A stretch of DNA of 64,000 nucleotides, from assembly GCA_030753015.1 (NCBI GenBank), contig JASMDC010000003.1, forward strand, positions 1-64,000, read 5' to 3'. The position numbers were made by a program, and so were the translations under genes. This document shows positions 29,973 to 39,700 of this stretch, in pieces. Each line of letters opens with the position of its first letter. Position 1 is the first letter of the stretch. This DNA is from Candidatus Undinarchaeales archaeon (GTDB taxonomy: Archaea; SpSt-1190; JASMDC01). The notes below the pieces were generated by a model that saw only the letters and a list, made by a program, of their open reading frames with translations, ran no database searches and was not told the origin of the DNA.

Positions 29973-30914
29973 TCAGTGTACCTCTTTATACCGGAAGAGC
30001 AGAATACCCAGTCCGAGAAGGGAGATTGCCAGCAGTCCGCTACTGGCGAACGAGCGTGCAGGGCTGACAAGGTCGTTCCTCGGGAGGGTAGAGAACATGA
30101 GACCTTGGTCCGGGTCCATGAAGGGTTTTGTGACGTCGTACGCCCCTGTGAAAGTTCCCAAGTACATTTGGATCTCTGGCGGGATGCGGATCCCTGCACC
30201 CCCTTCGACAAGTGAGACGAACATGTTCCCAAAGTGATAACCAGCATCTACGTAATGGAGAGAGTACTCCTCATAGAGACCGGACGCCATGGTGAAAGCC
30301 CGCACCTGTACGAATCCGAGGAACGTCACCATAGCAAAGAACCCCAGCCCCATTATGATGAACGCTGTTCGTTTCGTGATGGCCGAAAGAGCGATGGACA
30401 CCGCACCCCAGACGAGGACAACGAAGAGCGAGTACACCAGCAGCATGGGCACCATCCCTAGGAGGAGGCGCAGCACATCGTACTCGAGTTCCATGGTAAG
30501 GAACCACATGTACGGTACAGCTATCAGCGCACCGGTCTGTACCAGCATCATGTAGGCGACGAAGCCTATATAGCGTCCTAGAACGATCTCGTGACGCTCG
30601 ATAGGCTTGGATACCAACAGCAGGAGCGTTCCACCGTTCTCCTCGCCCGAGATGAACCCGGCACAGCTGGAGATGGTGAACATGATGAGTGGTACACCTG
30701 CGACCCAGATGAACAGGATCACGGAAAGGTAACCTGCAAGGATCGTGCCCTGAGTCCCCAAGGGGAGGCTTTCGGTGTCAACGAGACGGTTTTCCTCCGC
30801 GGCACCAGCGAATATGAAAGGGACGAGAAGAACGACGGCAATGTAGAGGAACGTACGTCTGAAGGTGGCCATGTCCTTGAACGTACGCTTGGCGATGACC
30901 GATATTCCGTTCAT
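29973..30914 (-). CDS. ABC-2-type permease
   Basis: ISGEENGGTLLLLVSKPIER.EIVLGRY motif, multiple TMs; ATGA overlap with the ATPase. Confidence 0.88.
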   Translation of the reverse strand: MNGISVIAKRTFKDMATFRRTFLYIAVVLLVPFIFAGAAEENRLVDTESLPLGTQGTILAGYLSVILFIWVAGVPLIMFTISSCAGFISGEENGGTLLLLVSKPIERHEIVLGRYIGFVAYMMLVQTGALIAVPYMWFLTMELEYDVLRLLLGMVPMLLVYSLFVVLVWGAVSIALSAITKRTAFIIMGLGFFAMVTFLGFVQVRAFTMASGLYEEYSLHYVDAGYHFGNMFVSLVEGGAGIRIPPEIQMYLGTFTGAYDVTKPFMDPDQGLMFSTLPRNDLVSPARSFASSGLLAISLLGLGILLFRYKEVH

Positions 30915-31939
30915 CGTTGATACCCCCCGATTCGCGAGTAATAGTCCGTGACCGATCCGCTGAGCGATTCCTGCCACGCACCATCAATCTCGTCCTGATG
31001 CTGTTCATCCCACCCTTCCCCGATAACGGTCATGAAGATGCTCTCAAGGCTGAACTCCTTGGCGGCGAAGGCATTGAGCGAGAGCCCGTTGTCGGCAAGG
31101 AGCTTGGGCAGTACGAATCGCAGTCTCTCGATGTCAGCTGCCATTATGTTCACCTTATGCTTCTTGTCCAGCCAAACCTTCTCTGCCGACGCCTCTTGGG
31201 AGAGAAGGCTGAAGGCCTGCTGGTTGTCCGACGCATCTAGGATGAAGTGGTTTCCCGCAAACTCCTGCTTCAGGCCATCGATCGAGTTCTCTACCACGGT
31301 CCGCCCGTTGTTGATGATGGTCACTTCATCTGAAACCTTCTCGATCTCGGAGAGGATGTGCGATGATACGAGAACGGTAAGTTCTCTCTCGGTCACAAGT
31401 TCCCGCAGCTTCTTGAGCAGTCCGTACCTGGCGACAGGGTCTAGATTGGACGTTGGCTCGTCGAGGATGAGTATATCGGGTTCATGGATGAGGGCCTGTA
31501 CGAGAGAAAGCTTCTGGCTCATACCGGCTGAGAAGCCCTGGACGCTCCGGTCCTTGGCGTGCCCCAGGTCGAAGGTCTCCAACAGCTCCTCGGCCCGTGA
31601 CCTAGCTCGCCCACCGTCGACTCCACAGATGCGTCCCATGAGCTCGAGATAATCGAGAGCGTTCATATCATAGAACCGGGGGTGCTCGGGAGAATAGCCG
31701 ATGAGGGAACGGGCCCTCACGCTTCCGGCAGGTTGTCCCTTGATGGACGCGGAGCCCTGAGTGGGGCGTATCGCGCCGATGAGCATCTTGATCGTGGTGG
31801 TCTTTCCAGCACCGTTGAGCCCGAGGAATCCGTGGATCGTGCCCTCCTCGACACGGAGGTTCAGGCCGTCCACGGCCCTGAAACGACGCTTCCAGAAACC
31901 GAAATCCTTGGTGAGCCCCTCGGTCTCGATGGCGTGCAT
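30911..31939 (-). CDS. ABC transporter ATP-binding protein
   Basis: GLNGAGKTT, FSAGM, ILDEPT, SSH; C-terminal SLESIF extension. Confidence 0.93.
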   Translation of the reverse strand: MHAIETEGLTKDFGFWKRRFRAVDGLNLRVEEGTIHGFLGLNGAGKTTTIKMLIGAIRPTQGSASIKGQPAGSVRARSLIGYSPEHPRFYDMNALDYLELMGRICGVDGGRARSRAEELLETFDLGHAKDRSVQGFSAGMSQKLSLVQALIHEPDILILDEPTSNLDPVARYGLLKKLRELVTERELTVLVSSHILSEIEKVSDEVTIINNGRTVVENSIDGLKQEFAGNHFILDASDNQQAFSLLSQEASAEKVWLDKKHKVNIMAADIERLRFVLPKLLADNGLSLNAFAAKEFSLESIFMTVIGEGWDEQHQDEIDGAWQESLSGSVTDYYSRIGGYQR

Positions 31940-34900
31940 CAGGCAGCACCCCTAACGTACAGATAGGTGCGTCGCCCCAAGTAGCCTACAATGGAGAGCA
32001 CGATGATGCCGTTGATGAGCCAGTGGGCTAGCACCTTGCGCTTCACTATGACCGAAACGTGGGAGTAGGTGCTCCCACCAAAACCATCGGTCGTCCTGAG
32101 ACTCACCTGGTGGTTTCCGGAGGGGAGATCCAGGAAGGTGCTGGACGAACTGGTCCGGACCACAACGTTCCCGTCCACCAGCACCGAGGTGATGACGTTG
32201 GACTGTTGCTGCCAGGTCAGGTCGAATCCCGCATGGACCTCGTCCCCGTCCGAAGGAGAGGAGATCGGTACATCCCAGTCCGCTCCCACCACGTACACGT
32301 CGCCAGCAGTCGATGTAACTATGATGTCCCGTCCATCGCCCATGTTGAACACGCCCGATCCGCGGATACCTAGTTCGCGTACGATACGACCCGTGGCGAC
32401 GTCGAGAACATAGAGCGTCGGAGACGGTCGCCCGCCCTCGCGCCCCACAAGCGCAGTGAAGGCAAGCTCGCGACGCCCGTCGCCTGTGATGTCGTTGATC
32501 GTGGAAACGGCGACCGCGGGCTGGAACTGGTCGACGTCCTTACGTCCCTTGAATAGATGCACCTTATCGATCTCCTGGCCGGAGACGAGGCTGTAGAACG
32601 TCACGGTGATATCCCTCTGCCACATGGCGGTGGCGACGACGGCCAGTTCGTTCACACCGTCACCGTCCATGTCCTTGACCACCGTGGCGGGCTCGATGTT
32701 ATCGATGCGGAGGGTATCGAGCATCCAGGTCTCCATGGGATGCGGGTACCTCCACCCATCCATGTTGGCACCGGACTGCTTCACGACCAATTCGGGCCCC
32801 TGCGGGCCCCACCGCTTGAACTGCATTAGGTCGTCGGCCCCGTCACCGTCGAGGTCACGGACCCAGCGCCCGCCCCCTGAACCATCATCATCCATGGTGA
32901 GCACGACCTTCCCGAACCGACTGTCAAGGACAATTAGCTGCTCGGGCATGTCCCTGCGGTGTACGCGCACACCGATGTCCGGACGTCCGTCCCCCGTGGC
33001 ATCGTCCACCAGACGGATGTTCTCCTTGTTGAAGTTAGCCTCCTCAGGACTCCAGCGCCACAACGGCCGCCAGCTTCCTGAGCGCTCGCTCTTGAGCACC
33101 AGCACTTCCTTCCAAGAGGCTAGTAAGAGCTCGTCAATACCATCGTTGTTGAAATCGCCCAATGATCGGAGGACGTTCCGGTCATTTTCGAGGAACGACC
33201 ACTCGAGCTTTTTCACGCGGTCTTCCTCCTCCTTACCGTCCTTGAAAGGATCCTGGAAGGACCATGCTTGGTTGGTCCTTGTGAGGAAGGGTTTCCCGGT
33301 CAGTCCGTCGAGGACGTACACCTCGCGCCAGCCGCTCACGAGCACGTCGTCCACATCGTCCCCGTTGAGGTCTGACAGTGTATCGACGGCCACAACCCGC
33401 TTGCAGATCCGCAGGTTCTGCTCCCGCTCCTTGACCTCCTGACGCATGCTCCTTGCCCGTTCCTCGGCATTCCTGAGCTGGTTACGCTCCTCCTCCTCCT
33501 CAGGAGTGCGCTCCCGCTTCCAGTCGAGACGCTTCAGCCGCTCCGAATCGACCCCCAGCCTCTGGTCGATGATCGACGGATCCTTGAAGATATCGTTCCA
33601 TGTCCCATAGTGGGTTCCATCTGCGACAGGAGTGCGCCAGATGTCAGTTCCCGTGGCGCCGGAGATGAGCACGATGCGGGTCCGATCACCGTACTGGTCC
33701 CCCCAATCCCAGTCGCCTGGAGCTTGGACGAACGCAAGGATATCACGCTTCCCGTCCCCGTCCATATCGTCCGTCAGACGCACCTGCTGGAGCGTCAGAC
33801 CCGAGAGCACGTCCTTGATGGGCACCCGATACTCCCAAGCTTGCTCGTGTGTCGCACCGTCCATGACGAAAAGAAGGCGCGAGGAGCCCTGGTCGTTATT
33901 GTCCTGAGGATTCGTACGCTCGGCGGAGAGCGCTAGGAGGTCCGGATTCTCGTCACCTACAAGGTCGGCTGTGAGGTAGGTAAGCCCCGCATAGCGAGGA
34001 TAGCTCCATTGCACCCGTCCGCGCATGTCTAGCATCACCAGATCGGTGCGGTCGGATGCGAGGACCACACCATCGCCGAATGGCAGCACCCACAGCGATG
34101 ACTTGTCAAGGGCGAGCGTCATGTTCGGCTTATAGGGTGCTAGCTCGGTCATGTTGGCAGCCCACAGACGGCTCATACCTGATGTGGTAGGCATCAGCAG
34201 GGTCTCGCCAATAACAGGGAGGCGCTCGACCTGTTGGAGCCCCGCATCGTGCCGGCTCCACAGGGTGTTCCCCCTGCGCGAGGAAAGGGCCACTAACAGG
34301 CGTTTCTTCCCCATGTATCCCTGGCCGTTCTGTTGCTGCTGCTCGCCCCCACCAGGCCAGGTGGCGGCCACGATATCCTCCTGTCCGTCCCCGTCGATGT
34401 CGGGGATGATTGCGATGCGGAGGTTGAAGTAGTTGTCCATGTCAGGGGTGGTGGGGGATAGAGATTGTCCACGCATCCCCCCTTTGTAGTAGCGTGATAG
34501 CATGAGGGCGTCGTACTCGAGCACGGTGGTGTTCCATTCAACTCGCCCCGCTCGACCATTGATGAGGAGCACATTACCATCCTCGGTAGATACTACAAGG
34601 GAGTCACCAAGGGGGACGATGTCCCAAACGCTCCGCGTGACCGTTCCCATTTCGCGGTCCGATCGAGGATCCCGGAGCACCAGGGGTTCAGCGGCACGGA
34701 TCGACCAGAGCTCCTTTCCTGATCGCGCGTCGATGAGATGGACACGTCCATCCTGGCATCCCGCCGCGATGTCCGGCCAGCCATCACCAGATAGATCTTG
34801 CGTGGCGATGATCCTGAACACGTCGTTCGCTGCATCGAACCGCCAAGACAGTTCGCCCGTGATCCCGTTCAACAGGAGCACAGCTGATCCAGAGGCAGCT

Positions 34901-35382
34901 ACGAGGTCCAGAGCACCATCGCCGGTGATATCACCTATGGTTGCCAGATCCCACGTGATGGTCTCGGCATCGGTCCATCGGAGCTGGGGATCGTAGGCCT
35001 CCACGGTTGGTGTATAGCTCCAGTGGACAGCACCCAGTCCGTCAAGCGCAACGATGTTCGGGAACACCTGGTCCCGTGTCGAGTAATAGAATAGGTCGCC
35101 TGCACGTGCGATGTCCGTAACGGCCGAAGAAGCGGCTAGGAACGCGACGCGCTCTCCTGATGCGTCGATGATGTGGACGCCGCTATCGGTCCCAATGGCG
35201 ATGCGGTCGTCCCACGTCTGTAACGTGGTTATGCTCCCTGATAGCCCGCTCGAGATGTGGGCAACAATGTCCTCGCCCGCGGTCACGATGGGGATGGCGA
35301 GCATGATGGTTACGAGCGCGATAGTCGCCCAAAGGGACCCGTGCGTCCAACTCTCGCTCACGTCACGTGAGTGCCGCTGCAC
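31939..35382 (-). CDS. Large membrane-anchored beta-propeller protein (PQQ-like / FG-GAP Ca-binding repeats)
   Basis: Signal peptide; many D-x-[DNT]-GDG-x-x-D loops alternating with G.TG...W blades; C-terminal Ig-like segment and TM. Start may be slightly downstream. Confidence 0.82.
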   Translation of the reverse strand: MQRHSRDVSESWTHGSLWATIALVTIMLAIPIVTAGEDIVAHISSGLSGSITTLQTWDDRIAIGTDSGVHIIDASGERVAFLAASSAVTDIARAGDLFYYSTRDQVFPNIVALDGLGAVHWSYTPTVEAYDPQLRWTDAETITWDLATIGDITGDGALDLVAASGSAVLLLNGITGELSWRFDAANDVFRIIATQDLSGDGWPDIAAGCQDGRVHLIDARSGKELWSIRAAEPLVLRDPRSDREMGTVTRSVWDIVPLGDSLVVSTEDGNVLLINGRAGRVEWNTTVLEYDALMLSRYYKGGMRGQSLSPTTPDMDNYFNLRIAIIPDIDGDGQEDIVAATWPGGGEQQQQNGQGYMGKKRLLVALSSRRGNTLWSRHDAGLQQVERLPVIGETLLMPTTSGMSRLWAANMTELAPYKPNMTLALDKSSLWVLPFGDGVVLASDRTDLVMLDMRGRVQWSYPRYAGLTYLTADLVGDENPDLLALSAERTNPQDNNDQGSSRLLFVMDGATHEQAWEYRVPIKDVLSGLTLQQVRLTDDMDGDGKRDILAFVQAPGDWDWGDQYGDRTRIVLISGATGTDIWRTPVADGTHYGTWNDIFKDPSIIDQRLGVDSERLKRLDWKRERTPEEEEERNQLRNAEERARSMRQEVKEREQNLRICKRVVAVDTLSDLNGDDVDDVLVSGWREVYVLDGLTGKPFLTRTNQAWSFQDPFKDGKEEEDRVKKLEWSFLENDRNVLRSLGDFNNDGIDELLLASWKEVLVLKSERSGSWRPLWRWSPEEANFNKENIRLVDDATGDGRPDIGVRVHRRDMPEQLIVLDSRFGKVVLTMDDDGSGGGRWVRDLDGDGADDLMQFKRWGPQGPELVVKQSGANMDGWRYPHPMETWMLDTLRIDNIEPATVVKDMDGDGVNELAVVATAMWQRDITVTFYSLVSGQEIDKVHLFKGRKDVDQFQPAVAVSTINDITGDGRRELAFTALVGREGGRPSPTLYVLDVATGRIVRELGIRGSGVFNMGDGRDIIVTSTAGDVYVVGADWDVPISSPSDGDEVHAGFDLTWQQQSNVITSVLVDGNVVVRTSSSSTFLDLPSGNHQVSLRTTDGFGGSTYSHVSVIVKRKVLAHWLINGIIVLSIVGYLGRRTYLYVRGAA

Positions 35383-35467
35383 TTTTAAAAAGACTCATAC
35401 GTGCGCTAGCGCCCCTTTTAACTAGCGAACGTCAGCAACGGTGCTGGTGTACGACCCTCTGGCGGCG

Positions 35468-35487
35468 CTCCAGTGGAAATAAGGGGG
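35468..35487 (+). promoter_or_regulatory. Isolated ORB-like box
   Basis: CTCCAGTGGAAATAAGGGGG in the divergent intergenic region. Confidence 0.55.
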
Positions 35488-35548
35488 TGTGACCCTGTTG
35501 CTCAAGATATACTAATCCATTTAACAGAGCACCGCTTTCCTCTTTCCG

Positions 35549-36724
35549 ATGCACACTGAACGGCGGGTCCAGACGCGCCCGCGCTTCTCCTTTTCAGCAG
35601 GGGAGCCCGTCACAGCGTCCGCAGCGCTGGGCTTGAAGGGCAAGCACCCGTCCGGAGCGCATCGTACAAAACACCTGGCAGCAACGATGTTCATAGGAGG
35701 ACGTTACCGTAAGGTGCTTGTCACCCTCTCACCGCACGCCCTGGTTATAGAGCGATGTGACCGGCAGGTCCGCCTCGTTGCGTGCGCTCCCCACGCCATC
35801 GAGCAGGGAGGTGAGGACACTCTGGACCATGATATCTGGACCGGCGAGGAGGCCATCGAACTGCTCCGGTCCGGCGCAGTGGACCGCTGTGTGATATCCC
35901 TTCACAACCGCGGTCTGCTCGACTTCAATCGCTTTCCCTCACAACCCTTCGTCCAGTACGGCCGCACGGTCCGGAATCCACCCTATCGCCAGCCTAATCC
36001 CTACCACGGTTCACTTGACGCGAAGGTTGTGCTCGACCTTCATGGTTTCAGGTCCGGGACCCATAGTCGCGGCATCATCCTCGGCATCGGGAGGGTCGAC
36101 GAACTGACAATGAGAGACAGCAGGTTCGTGGGGGCTGTAAGGAGCAGCGCATCCTTTGGAGCCAACCTCCTTATCAGGATAGCTCGCGAGGCTCTCCGGC
36201 GGAGCCCTGGGATGACGCTGGAGCTGCACGCTTCCCTTGACCTGGTACGGCTCCCCTGTACCGCGGGCAACGTCCCTCGCGTCGTTCTCACCGAAGAGCG
36301 CTTGGTAGAGATGGGATTCGTGAGCGGAGAGCTTGTCGCTCTCGGACTGATCCATGACCGCAGCGGTCGGGTCGCAGGGGTGGAAATATGTCGTGAGGCC
36401 GCGGACACCGACGACGAACTCGTAGTCGAGTCAGGTGATCGTGAACGAGTGGAGCTCCCACGAAAGCTCAAGGTGACGGAGCGGATCGACTTGAGCGGTC
36501 GGCACGTCTTCACGTTCACCGGGCGAGGATTCCGTATTCGTGATGGGAGCGCATTCCGTCGCTATCTCCCGGGATTGCGTAACTACACCTTTCGCTATCT
36601 AGCAAAGAGGGGTGTTGCTTGCGTCCAGGTCGAGCAGACCAAGGGAGTGCGAGAGAGTTTCGCTCAACGGCTATCTGGAGCAGGGTGCGTTTTCCGCGTT
36701 CCAGAGGGTCAACGCTGGATGTAG
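35549..36724 (+). CDS. Hypothetical cytoplasmic protein (possible AbrB/SymE-like segments)
   Basis: 391-aa ORF with TTTAA box upstream; no clear family. Confidence 0.6.
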   Translation: MHTERRVQTRPRFSFSAGEPVTASAALGLKGKHPSGAHRTKHLAATMFIGGRYRKVLVTLSPHALVIERCDRQVRLVACAPHAIEQGGEDTLDHDIWTGEEAIELLRSGAVDRCVISLHNRGLLDFNRFPSQPFVQYGRTVRNPPYRQPNPYHGSLDAKVVLDLHGFRSGTHSRGIILGIGRVDELTMRDSRFVGAVRSSASFGANLLIRIAREALRRSPGMTLELHASLDLVRLPCTAGNVPRVVLTEERLVEMGFVSGELVALGLIHDRSGRVAGVEICREAADTDDELVVESGDRERVELPRKLKVTERIDLSGRHVFTFTGRGFRIRDGSAFRRYLPGLRNYTFRYLAKRGVACVQVEQTKGVRESFAQRLSGAGCVFRVPEGQRWM

Positions 36725-39700
36725 GCATCGTAGTTGTAGTACTGACGTGCGCTGTAATAACTGCTGTAGTCAGAGTATGTTGGCGTCGCGGCCGCGGCCT
36801 GTGTCTGGGCAAGAGCGACCGCCGCCTCATCTTGTTTCCGCTTTCGGTATACAATGAGCACGAGGGTGAGCCCTATCAGGGTCACAACAGCGACGAGCGC
36901 GCCCACTGACGAGAGGAAGGACGACGCGTCCTCGTCACCGCCACCCCCGGTCACGACCTCGTCATCACCGCCATCGTCACCCCCATCAGAGCGTGCCCGC
37001 GGGGTCGCGGTGGCTGCTGTTCCCAAGGTGCGTCCGCCACCACCACCATCGTCACGGTCATTGCCAGTACGATGGTCCTTGGTATAGTCGAGCACCGTGC
37101 TGTCCGATCCACTCCCCCCGGTATCGGTATCGGCCCCCGTTCCGTTCCCGGGATCGGGTGACGGCGTGGGCGAGGGGGCCTCATCTTCCTCCTCTTCCTC
37201 CTTAGCAAAAACGTCGATCACCTTGCGGTCGTACCCCTTCAGCTCCATGTACTTGAGCAGGTCGTACCCTGCGGCCTTCTGTGCCCCTTTGTCCTGGTCC
37301 AGGAGATAGCCGGCCCGCTTGCGTCCCATGCAGCCTCCCAGACAGGCGGTGAGGTTAGCGGGCACCGACAGGCACTGATGGCACCGGCCGCATACACCCC
37401 GGTCCTCCTCCTCCGTGTAGACCTTCGCACATATGTCCCCAAGGAGCGCGTTCCCCACGCACTTCGCGACGCACGAATCCTGGCCCAGCGTCGTCACACG
37501 ACCTGCGCAGGAGGAGCACTGCATGCAGGCGCCCATGCACCCGTCGAGTTCAGGATGGTTACCGCAGAACCGAGCGCAGATGGCACCGAGCAGGCGGGAG
37601 CGGTCGACGCACCGTTCCACAAGGCATCGCCAGATCTCTGCAGGGCTCTTCCCTGTATCGCACAGTCGGCACTCGCGGCAGGAACCGTCGGTTATGTTGT
37701 ACTGTCGTGCCAGGGTGCTGCACAACCGCATCCGTTCCATGAACGACCGGATCATCTCCCGGATATGGCTATAGCACTCCTGCCCCCGCATGACGGCGAT
37801 GGCCTTGAGAGCGTACTTGATGGCCCGGATGTACTTCTCGCGCTCGAACTCCTTCTTGGCGTTCTCGATATGCCCACGCACCGCGGCCGCTTTGGAGTGG
37901 TCGCAGATGATGTCCTCGGTACCATCGCGTCCGCTGTAGGACAGCTCGTATAGCTCCTCCGCCTCCCTGATGCGCTCGATGGCCTCCTTGCGCAGAGCGT
38001 CAGGGTCCGTGTTGGCCGTGGGGGTGATGTACTCACCATGTTTGGAGTCCTGGTAGAGCGCGGCGTTCTTGAGCAGCTCGATGGCACGGTCCGCGTACCG
38101 TATGGCGTTACGGTACTCGGCCATCTCGTACTCATCCTCGGCCTTCTCGATGAGCTCCCACGCAACGATCTTGACCTCCTCGTTCGTGCTCTTGGCATGG
38201 AGCGCCTTGGCGGTCTCGATCCGCTGTCGTGCGAGCATAGCCAGCTCGTTCTGCTCCTCGCCTTCCAGACCGGACACCAGGCTCTCCAGGTACTCCTGGA
38301 GCTCGGGATCTGTGTCACGGGCCGCTTCCAAGGGATCCACCATCTTGTAGCAGCCGTCCCTCGTGGCCGTATTGGGGATCAGGTCGCATATTGTCCTTAC
38401 TCGGTCATAGGCCTCGTTGCACATGTCGATGACATCTATGAGCGGGTCCCCTTCCAGTCCGACGTTCTTGGCTCTCTTCCCTTTGTTGCATATCTTTGCT
38501 ACGGTGTTGAATGGAAGGTCGGTCTCTCGTTTGATGGCCTTCAGCTCCCGTTTCTTCGCTTTCTTGGCAGCATTGAGCAGGCAGCCGGACAGGCTTTCAT
38601 CGTCGATGACCGATAGGCAGATGGGCACGGACTCGTAGGGCGCCTTGGACATCTTAAGCTGGGCAATACCGGAGAAGCACGAGTCACGGATCTCCCGGAC
38701 GTTGTCTGGAGAGTGGGGGATACGTTCACATGCATCGATGGCTCTGGGGAATCCACCAAGGTCGTCACGGAACGCTACGTTAGTGGCCACCTGTGTGTAG
38801 CAGTTGCCACGCTCCATCGCCGAGGCGATCCAGGTACCACACACGTCCTCGGCCCTCAACGGTGGTCGGTTGGTGACCACGGCATTGAGCACGTCGTGAT
38901 AGCACTGATCACGGACATGGCGTCCGCGGTTCGTCGTAAGGATGGTGTTGATGCAGTCGCCGTTACCACAGTTGTCAGTGATGCAGGTGCCCGAGTAGTG
39001 CCAGCAGTTCTTTCCCCAGTCGCCGCACCCCTTGTCATTGTGCACGCACTTGGAGCGGAAGCATCCCTCGTCGATGCAGGGGACGTGACGCGCAGCATCC
39101 TTGTTGTAGTACATGGACGAATCCCATTCCTCGTCCTTGGCCTTCACTCTTGAGTTGATCTTGTGGCAGGTGCTCAAGGCCTTGGTGGTGTCAGCGTATC
39201 GCAGGGAGTAAGCTGATGAGCGGTAGCATTCATTGCGGTCGGCCCATAATGATTCAAGGCACTCGGTGTGGCAGTCGTCGCGGTGGCTTGCGGCGATGGC
39301 GTTCTTGTCGCAAGGATCATCGTCAGGGCACGTCACAAGGTTGGGATCACCTTTCTCGTCGCACTTCCATGGATCGGCCGCGCACGTGGTCCCGAAGTCG
39401 ATGATCCGCGTGTCGTAGGACGAGCATCCGCCCACGACGACGTCGGCAGCGATGTCGCCGTACAGCGTGCTTCCGAGAGTGTGATAACATTCGGTGCGCT
39501 TGTACACATAGGGGATGCGGGCACAGTCATCGAAGGCGTACCTGAAAAACTCCCTGTCCGCGAACCGACGCGACATGTCCTTGTAGCAGTTGGTCCTCCG
39601 CAGTAAGGAGCGGAAGTAGGTCCAGCCATTCTCGTAGCCCCACGTGAGCCAGTGGCGCTCATCCGGTTCAAGATCGCACGAGTCGCCTGTGTGGGTCCGG

